A DNA stretch of 55,639 nucleotides, the filler included, from Squatina squatina (taxonomy: Eukaryota), in the NCBI GenBank assembly GCA_031763465.1. It is 3 parts of 3 records of this genome, joined end to end, with 100 filler letters (N's around TTAATTAATTAA, not from the genome) between each part and the next. Parts side by side here need not be neighbours in the genome. Positions count along the whole stretch, not along the records: positions 28,651 to 55,639 come from JARFOE010000016.1; 2 more parts are not named here. One strand, given 5' to 3'. Shown in pieces: positions 46,501 to 55,639 of this stretch. Both the position numbers and the translations under genes were made by a program. The notes under the pieces are model-generated. The model was given only the letters and a program-made list of their open reading frames with translations, did not search any database and was not told the DNA's origin. How positions within the stretch are numbered: position 1 is the first letter of the stretch; each line of letters begins with the position of its first letter.

Positions 46501-48042
46501 AAAAGACATACCACCCCAGAGCATAAGACATGTTTCAGAGGTCAACATTCAGATTATTCCTGGGCTTCACCCTGGATTTGACCCACATAATAGTCAGCTA
46601 GAAGTGACTGATACCAACACTCGATGCAAAAAGTATTCCCCAACATGGATATTCCTCAATTTGTTAAAGGAATAAGAAGCCTTGCTCAAAAAGGAAATTT
46701 GTGTTTATCCACGGTTTTCAGTTACTAATATAGTTTACGGAAATGCTTCATGTTTGCTTTCCGAAAGTTCAAAACACTAATCCACTTGACGTATTTTATA
46801 TTCACTGAATACCTGATCTATCAGGATTGCATAATATCCATCAGACAATGTACAGTTTTCTTTGGAGAACATCAATACTGGCCTTTATAGAAGAAAACCT
46901 CTTGCATGACCCTAACATTTGTATCATCAATCATGACTTAAACTTGCACCGTATTTTTAATATGCAAAACAGAAGCTATTGTTTTGATGTGGTAGCTAAA
47001 CAGCGACCAAAGGACAAAGAAGTGAACAAAAAGGACAACAAAAATCCCCTTTGACTCAACTTGGTTATGAAAATGGAGGAATTAGGGTGGTTTGATGTGA
47101 GGAGGAAATTCTGACTCTTCATAGTCAGATATGTTGCCAGGAAAGCAGTTAACTCTGTAGATGGCAATTACTGATTCACAACAAGCAAAACCAGTGGATT
47201 CACAATCCTAGATTTTAAAGTCAATTTATTCAGACAGAAAGAAGTGAACATAAAGACAAGTGCAGGACTATAACGGTGAAAGCTGCAAAGCCCCATTTTG
47301 TGTATGATGTTTTTGAAGCATGTAAAGAGTATTAATAAAAAGTTAGTTACAAATCAGATTGCTTTTAATGGATAAAGGATGTTACTTGGACATTCTGACA
47401 AGGTTCCTGAAGGTTTCGAAAATAGATTTTGAGCGTTTCTGTACAAGTAGTGGGCAGGCCATGCAATGATGCTCCATTCAAATGAGTGGTGCAAGGGTCT
47501 ATGACAGTGAAGCAGAAGTTTGCTTGTATGCCATCTATATTTCCCCTCAAAAAGCCACGGAAATAAAGCAAGTCATCTAGAAGGTTATTGTTCTTAGAAG
47601 AATGAGCACATTCCTCCATGAGTGATACAAAGTACATCGGCAGAACCAAGGATGTAGCTTGAATTACCTCCCAGGAGATTGTTTAGTCTGTATCTGGACA
47701 AATATCATTTGTAAAGGATTGAAATCTTTGTTCAAGGACTTATGGGAAGCATATTTTGCTCCTCAGGAGGTTTATCTGCAATACCTAAAAATNNNNNNNN
47801 NNNNNNNNNNNNNNNNNNNNNNNNNNNNNNNNNNNNNNNNNNNNNNNNNNNNNNNNNNNNNNNNNNNNNNNNNNNNNNNNNNNNNNNNNNNNCTCAACAA
47901 AAAGCAACTGGGAAGTTAACAATCAAATCAGAATCTGATGTTATGGAAGTACAGTGTCCATAATGTGCCAACATATTTTGATACACATTCAAATATAGAA
48001 TTAGACAACTTGGGGAATAGTTGCAGAGTACTCATTAAACAT

Positions 48043-48076
48043 CACACACGCGCGCGTACGCACACACACACACACA
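48043..48076. repeat. (CA)n/(CG)n microsatellite next to TSNAXIP1 splice donor
   Basis: acacacgcgcgcgtacgcacacacacacacaca. Confidence 0.85.
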
Positions 48077-48079
48077 TAC

Positions 48080-48249
48080 CTTTTCAATTAGCTCATTATA
48101 GTTTTTATCCAAAGCCTCAAAATCCCTTCTGGGAATCACGTCCCCATACTCAGCCTTCATTGCATTTAGCTCCACTTGCAACACCTTGAGATCTTCACGA
48201 GTCACCTTCAATGCTAGCTTCAGCTTTACTGTGTCTTCAACCTCCTCAG
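48080..48249 (-). CDS. TSNAXIP1: Translin-associated factor X-interacting protein 1, internal exon
   Basis: AG/GT-bounded EDTVKLKLALKVTREDLKVLQVELNAMKAEYGDVIPRRDFE versus human EDPVKLTLALKMTRQDLTRTQMELNNMKANFGDVVPRRDFE; syntenic position. Confidence 0.9.
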
Positions 48250-50783
48250 CTTTCAAAAAGTAAACAAATACAACCTGCTTAAAAAAGATGGTCTTACTCG
48301 AGTCAGCACATAGTTGCCTTATTTATTACCTATGAAAATCATGCAAGTACCATACATACTCAGATTTTAAAAGTACTTCTTCAAACAAAATTAGTCAGGC
48401 AGTAATCTTGAAACTCGTGGTCAGTGTTACTAACCACATTTGTCTGACTTTTTATTTGCCAGCTATTTTAACTGAGATGATAACAAGCTTATTTTAAACA
48501 AATTAATACATACATTAAAACAGCTGATAGGTGTTCTTTAGTTAATATTGCCAACAGTAATTTCCAGGCTATTATCAGTAACATAATTCNNNNNNNNNNN
48601 NNNNNNNNNNNNNNNNNNNNNNNNNNNNNNNNNNNNNNNNNNNNNNNNNNNNNNNNNNNNNNNNNNNNNNNNNNNNNNNNNNNNNNNNNTTTGGTTATGT
48701 CAAACCAGCTAAACAATAGTGAGTAAGTTGAAATGTACACTGAAATTCTACACTCCAATGTGCTTATCCTTACTAAATTGTATTGCAGATAGAACATTTA
48801 CATGAAATTACATTTTTTTTTAAAGTTTGCAGTGGGTCAGTAAAATGAATATGTAACACAAAGCAAAGACAAGCTGGAACATGTTTATGAGTGAGCTAAT
48901 CAATAAACTGCAAAATTAATGTATTTTAATCACACTTCTTCACAAACAAAGGTGTCACATTAGTTACATTAGACACCCATCAGACTGCTCATGTATCCAA
49001 TTCAAGCTACTGCAAAATCTACACTCATCTGTACGGTCTCTTTTTGCCCAACAGAGTACACACTCATCTCCCCCCTTCTCTCCCCATTGGGACATATTTA
49101 CTTACGTCCAGGTAAGCTGGCAGACCCAAGATTTAGGGACCCCAATGGGCACTGGTGCATTTAAGCAACTAAAATTCTGCAGTTTACCAGATTTTTTGTT
49201 AACTTTTTTGTTCCTTATCCAGCTGGGAGCACACGACCCATTAAGTTTTCAGCCTGCAAGCTAATATGGAGCTGAGTTGGAGATATCCTCATGAAAAGTC
49301 TACCCTTCCAAGAATGAGCCAGGCTGGCTAGTCAATAATCAACAGCGCCTTGGAGAATCAAATTACCAAAATTGCCCAAAAATCTTGAAACCAGCTCGAT
49401 CCCAAAGCAACCTTATCTCATACACAAGGAGGATAGTTACTAGTTGGTTATTAGACAACTGAAGTATNNNNNNNNNNNNNNNNNNNNNNNNNNNNNNNNN
49501 NNNNNNNNNNNNNNNNNNNNNNNNNNNNNNNNNNNNNNNNNNNNNNNNNNNNNNNNNNNNNNNNNNNAAAAGCTTCTAGCTGACAACTGGAAAATTCTAC
49601 ATAATGGCAAGGGGAGGGGGGGAAGGAGGATGCTATGTAAATGCAAGAGCATTTTTTCCCTTTTATACATAAAATCTTTTAAAATCAGTACTCGCAAAAA
49701 CTACAAACTTCTGGGTTTTATTTTGGTGCTGAAATACTACTGTGATTTCTAAAGGGTTAAGACCATTACATCACAGGCCTAGAAAGTTCTTGCTTTGCAG
49801 TATTCTTCTCACACTAATCACTTGCTTCATTATGTCTGACACAGCCGCTTACTTGCTGCATGCTGGTTCTCAGTTTCACATTAGTATCTAACTATCAGTT
49901 ATTCCAGCAATTATTGGTTTTTGGAACCCTACTTTATGTAAATAATTTAGAAAAAAAGGATACATTTCTTTACACGGTACAGCTTTAGCAATAGACATAT
50001 CAATTAGTTGATCTTGTTGCAGCACCTTAAGAAAATTATCCCAGGCAGCAATCTATCAAAAGTGCAAGGATAATTATCAGGGGATGGGTGGTGTGGAGCA
50101 ATTGGGCTGTAATTAAAAAGCAGATGCACAATATATTACAAAGACAATGTCATCCATGCCAATAACACACAAGGAAAAAAAATGTTAAATCTCGCACAAG
50201 TAGGTTTCAGTCTCACACAAGCCATCAGGGAGTGGTGCTCAGCAGAGATCAACCAACTTAGTAGAGCTGAGGGACCTTACTGATCTGTAGAGTTCAGTAC
50301 TACATGAGGAAGTGAATTTATCGATTGGGCCATTGGGTGATATCTGCCCAATTAACATACTTCTGTCACTAAATCAGAAAGAAACAAATAACACCTAGTA
50401 GTGTTCAGTTTATATGCATTATACACTGGGGGGTGCTACAAAGCAACTCTACATTTTAGCTTTGAGATGCTATATTCCAAGTTTTTTCTTGAGGTTTGTG
50501 ATCTCATTGCAAAGCCTCAAAGTTTGCTGCCATATATGTAATGTGTACAACAATGTAGCTGTCTCGTAACAGACAGCAGATTATTTTATAGTGAGAGCAC
50601 ACCTTTCCTGTCAGGTTGACTTTAAAACTTCGTTTCAAAAGAATTGAAACTTTCAAGTGACAGAAAGCTGCACTGCAAAATTCNNNNNNNNNNNNNNNNN
50701 NNNNNNNNNNNNNNNNNNNNNNNNNNNNNNNNNNNNNNNNNNNNNNNNNNNNNNNNNNNNNNNNNNNNNNNNNNNNNNNNNNN

Positions 50784-50903
50784 CTGGACTCCAATCTCCG
50801 TCGGTCTTAGCGCGCAGCCCCGTGGCCCCGAATGGTGCCGCAACCAATGAGCTGCCTGTATAATACGTTCGTTATCCGGGATATATACACAATAGGATCC
50901 AAG
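50784..50903 (+). promoter_or_regulatory. CpG-rich RANBP10 promoter/5' UTR (probably bidirectional with TSNAXIP1)
   Basis: CpG-dense; CCAAT boxes at ~50791 and ~50844; YY1-like CAAGATGGC over the start codon. Confidence 0.6.
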
Positions 50904-51096
50904 ATGGCTGAGTTTGGAGCTTCAAACCACGGGGACTCCGCGCTGAATTATCAAGAAAAAGAGTTAAATGAGAGATTAAAGCGCTTGTACCCGGCTGTGA
51001 ACGAAGATGAGACCCCACTGCCTCGATCGTGGAGCCCGAAGGACAAGTACAACTATATCGGACTGTCACAGAACAATCTCCGTGTTCACTATAAAG
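50904..51096 (+). CDS. RANBP10: RAN binding protein 10, exon 1 (start of SPRY domain)
   Basis: [65 protein letters not shown]|gtaatc. KYNY and adjacency to TSNAXIP1/CENPT favour RANBP10 over RANBP9. Confidence 0.93.
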
Positions 51097-53092
51097 GTAA
51101 TCTCTGTGAAATAATCTAGGTTAATCCTGTAAAAAAGGGTAGCCGACATACGATCGTGTTGTGAATAAGTGATGTTTTTTTTCTGTCCGTTTAGAGGCGA
51201 TGATTGGCACCGTGACAGGTAACGATCTTAATGCTGATTGACGTCACTGGTTGATCTCTTCTGTTTGCGGCTCCTGGAAATGTTTCATTTTATTTTAAGA
51301 TGTTGTAATTTTAGTAATTTATACAATCACCCCTCTGTAAATATGTGATTGTCAAGTGTACCCCATTTCTGGCGCTGTGCCCGCTTGTTGAAGTGATTAC
51401 CAAATGATTTCTGAACAACAAAGTGCAGATCGTCTCAATGGTGGCAGTGCAGTATCATATTTTGTAGTTACTTAAAATAAACATCCTCTTTTTGGCTGAG
51501 CTTCTTGTATTGTTTAAAACTATCAATTTTGTTGTAGTCATCTGACGATGCAGTTGCTTCTATAAACGCGTGTACAATATATTTATATATTAAATGTTCG
51601 ACATCTGTTGTGTTGATGGATTTACAAAAAAATGTTATTTATTTGTTCCCTTATGGGTGCTCTTTGCTTTAACACTGACGCAATTCTATGGCGAAAGCTG
51701 TCGGCTTTGAATAATTTAGCTGCTAAAATTGCGTAAGGTGCTTCCGAAGGTGATTGTTGTTTTTGTTAAATCNNNNNNNNNNNNNNNNNNNNNNNNNNNN
51801 NNNNNNNNNNNNNNNNNNNNNNNNNNNNNNNNNNNNNNNNNNNNNNNNNNNNNNNNNNNNNNNNNNNNNNNNCCCAGAGGAGGCAGATTGAGGGATAATT
51901 TCCACTTTCACGGTAAATTGACAAAAGTGGATCCGTTGTTCATTATAGACCCAGCCTGACTATTGGGTGGATTCTCTAAGAGCCGGTAATCCATTCTGCC
52001 ACTTTACCATCCAAGCGGTGAAGCTGAAAACCTACTCCATTATGTCAAAGCAAAAAAGTGAAACTGGAGCAGAAACAGGATAGTTCATGGCTCAGCTGGG
52101 ATATGAAGCGTAGAACTGGAACGGAATTTATTGAAGCTGAATTTTGATGTATTGAGACCTGCAGAACGAGCAAAACTTTGTCCCCTCTTGTGCAGTTTAA
52201 CATTGATATTCAATTTACCTTCCTTTTTTGCTTTGCTGTTCTATTCATCATTTGTTTTGTTTGCCTTATGCATGTCCTACTGGAGAGTCTGAGTTGCAGA
52301 TTTTACTGTAACTTGGACAAAACAAAGTTGCTAGTAAATGGGACCTGCTTTATTCTAGACATGCACAAATACCTGACTGAGGTGGGTGGATTATGTTGTA
52401 TGGTTGCCCGAGAACTTGACGTTCAATCTTCTGGTTGATGGCAACCTCTTTACTACTAGCACAATTTGTTTGGCGAAGTGGTTGTTCCTAAACCAGCAAT
52501 GAGTAATGGGTTGGCTGGTACTAGTGGAATGACAGATGTGTCTAAGATACAGCTGTATATGATTATACTGTACTCTGAAACCACTGTAGTCATGTGAATT
52601 TTGTTTATACTCTTGGGAACTGACCCAAAAAGGTCAAATGGTTTAATTTAGAAAGAAATGTGAATACAGTATTGAGAAAATAACAGCATCGACTCAAAGG
52701 AATGTTCTAATCGGCAGTCTGGATAACCGTAGTTCAATGAGAAATTGAATTTGAATAACATTATAGTGGGTAGAGGACCAATTAATTCTTGTTTTTCTTC
52801 TCCCTGCCTCTCCCCCGAGGAGAAGAATGTATGTGTTGTCTGTGGACACTGAGTTTTCACCTTTTCTGCAAATTATAATCAAACCTCATGGAAGGTTTTT
52901 TTCTCTTTTCCAAATGAGATTTCCTTTCAAACATAGGCATATTCTTTGGCTAATTTCATTATAGAAACCATAACCTGCTGGAGTTTACCAGATTGTGCAC
53001 TCCCATTATTCTATATTTGATGATCTCCAGTGGTGTCTTGTCCCTTAAAGTCCTTTATTCAATGTCAAATCTACACCTTGCCTAAATGATCT

Positions 53093-53752
53093 CATTGAAT
53101 CATAGTGAATTACAGCACAGAAGGCGGCCATTCGGCCCATCATGTCCTTGCCAGCTAACAGAGCTATCCAGCTTAATCCACTTTCCAGCTCTTGGTCTGT
53201 AGCCTTGTAGGTTACATTTCTCCAAGTACTTTTTAAATGCAAAGAGGGTTTCTGCCTCTACCACCCTTTTCAGGCAGTGAGTTCCAGACCCCTACCACCC
53301 TCTTGGGTGGAAAAAAAAATTCTCCTCAAATCCCCTCTAAACCTCCTACTACTTACTTTAAATCTATGCCCCCTGGTTATTGACCCCTGTTATGGGGAAT
53401 TCTATCTGGCCCCTCATAATTTTATACACCTCAGTAAGGTCTCCCCTCAGCCTCCTGTTACAAAGAAAAACAACCCCAGCCTATCCAATCTTTCCTCATA
53501 ACTAAAATTCTCCAGACCAGGCAACATCCTCGTAAATCTCCTCTGTACTCTCTCTGGTGAAATCCCATCTTCCCTGCAGTGTGGTGACCAGAACTGCACG
53601 CAGTACTCCAGCTGTGGCCTAACTAGTGTTTCATTCAGTTCAAATATAACCTCCCTGCTTTTACATTCTGTGCCTCTGCTAATAAAGGTGAGTATCCCGT
53701 ATGCCTTCTTGACCACCTTATCTACCTGTCCTGCTACCTTCAGGGATCTGCA
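53093..53752 (-). mobile_element. 5'-truncated CR1 LINE 3' end in RANBP10 intron 1
   Basis: VDKVVKKAYGILTFISRG..LVRPQLEYCVQFWSP..ERVQRRFTRMLPGL..SYEERLDRLGLF. Confidence 0.93.
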
Positions 53753-54979
53753 GTGTGTCCCATCTTGCATCCTCTGATTTTTTGACTCTGGCTTAGTGCT
53801 TATTCTGTTTACTCTCTGTGGCTGACCCTTCAGTCTCTATAACCCTGCTTTCTGAAATTATTTCCCTAAACCACTCTACTTTGCCACCTCTCTCACTTTC
53901 TACAAAGGCCGCTTAAAAAATCCCGTTTGGCAATAATTTTTCTTGTTTCACTGATTCCTGTTTCTTCCTATTGTTAAGCATCGCAAAACTTTCTTCCATG
54001 TGAGGAATACTATACAACTGTAAGTTGCTATTGAGTTTGCTTGCCACTGTGCCACCATAGCTATCACTGTTGGAACCACTGTCTCACCAGATTTTTGGAA
54101 CAATGGTTGGGTGTCATCTCCTTGATTTTAGTTTGGACCTAATTATCCTCTATACATCAATCATGGAATTTCTCCTTTAAAGATAGGTTGGCTTAAGATC
54201 ATATAAACACATGAATGACAAGCACATAAGACCTAATCCCTCAATCATTTAAGAAAAATCCACTTTTGATTTTGCATTTTTTTCTTGTCGACTTTATTGT
54301 GCTGTCATCCTTTCTGAAATAGGATGGCCAGGAACCATTGATTTTTCTTTACCATTCTGTAATGGAACGCCAACATTTACTGCAATAACTTTCTCAAGTA
54401 ATAAACTTGATAAGTGATTCCTAATCAGTTGCTTATTGACTGTCTCTAGCTTTATACCTGCTTATGGTTTTGTATCCAAAAACAGATTTGTGATATCAAG
54501 ATTTTATCAGTATATTTTTGGTAAGTGATTTCCCTTTCATATAGCATGATGGGAATGTGCCATTTTTAAAAGATACTACATTTATGTCCTACTNNNNNNN
54601 NNNNNNNNNNNNNNNNNNNNNNNNNNNNNNNNNNNNNNNNNNNNNNNNNNNNNNNNNNNNNNNNNNNNNNNNNNNNNNNNNNNNNNNNNNNNNGTTGTAA
54701 CTTACATTTATTTTACCAAGTTGCTCTGTTTCTTTTCGTCACATCAGTTGAGTCCACTAATTCAGTATGCTCACTAACTGCACACTTATGGTGGTTAATT
54801 TATGGAATAGTTATTCAAATATGATTTTAGCTCCTTCCTTCTGATCCAGCATTACTGGCTTCTCCATGTCCATCCCATCTAATTTCATGGTTTAAATATT
54901 TGGTTAATTTTTCTGAACTCCTTTATTCCTAACCCTAATATACTTAGTTATTTCCCAAATAGATAAGCTTTGTCTCCTG

Positions 54980-55639
54980 TTAATTGCTTCAGCACCTAAT
55001 ATCATTGTCGCTCTTGATTGAACCATTTTGATCGCCTATGGGGTTTTTCTTGTAAACATTTTGAACAAACCATGTATGTGTACCCCACGAAATTTCACCA
55101 GTGCTTTGTTTACAGTGGTCCGATCATTTCTTGAAACTTGCGCTACATTTCTCTTTACCTTGGCAACTGCTGCCAAAGATATTACAGCGCTTTCAGTGTT
55201 TTTACTCACACCCAAGTCTCCTTCCTGCTGCACCTTGTTTAAAGTTACACCCTTTTCTGTATAATCATGGTGGCTATTTTTAGCACTGACAAGCATAGCT
55301 TACGTTTCTTAGTATAAAATGCTATTTCCATTCATCTGCCCAGTTAGTAAGTGCCTAGATATCTTTAAATGATGTCTATCTCAAGTCTAGACACTTAATA
55401 ACCCTATTGCCTAAAGATATTGAACAGTAATGAATATTGTGAACAGCTGGGGTCCCTGGAGAATTCCACCAGTTGTGGCTTCTTTTCTACCACATTTCCT
55501 GTCTCTAAACAACTAATGACAGAATCAATAATTTCATTCACTATCCCGTTTAAGATCAGTTTAGCCATGTTTCCTGCAAATAACCTTTCTGCAAGTCCAC
55601 TTATATAATGTATGCTACTTCCAAGTTGTAATTAGGACT
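54980..55639 (-). mobile_element. Old, highly decayed CR1 LINE RT fragment
   Basis: Minus-strand remnants GILQGPQLFTIFI and KVQQEGDLGV. Confidence 0.6.

Noticed and set aside
50904-51096. RANBP9 as an alternative identity
   Set aside because: KDKYNY sequence, lack of the long Pro-rich N-terminus, and TSNAXIP1/CENPT synteny favour RANBP10.

Overview
Vertebrate genomic DNA, most likely from a shark or other cartilaginous fish (inferred from the CR1/DeuSINE-type repeats and gene divergence). It is not one contiguous locus: two artificial N44-TTAATTAATTAA-N44 linkers (15221-15320, 28551-28650) join three separate scaffolds, and many 100-N gaps hide sequence of unknown size. Scaffold 1 (1-15220) is a decaying ~6 kb macro-repeat. 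Each unit combines 43/44-bp satellite arrays with a ~1.8 kb unique segment. The two complete units each carry a minus-strand tRNA-Arg(UCG)-like pseudogene with a 17-nt insertion at the canonical intron site. The third unit is broken by two CR1 LINEs, and an unidentified stop-riddled reading frame lies at 24-1757. Scaffold 2 (15321-28550) is repeat-rich, with MITE-like elements, a perfect 34-bp hairpin and unassigned exon-like segments. Scaffold 3 (28651-55639) holds recognisable exons of EDC4(-), NUTF2(-), CENPT(+), TSNAXIP1(-) and RANBP10(+), in the same order and relative orientation as human 16q22.1, with many exons lost in gaps. All homology calls are from recalled sequences, not database searches.
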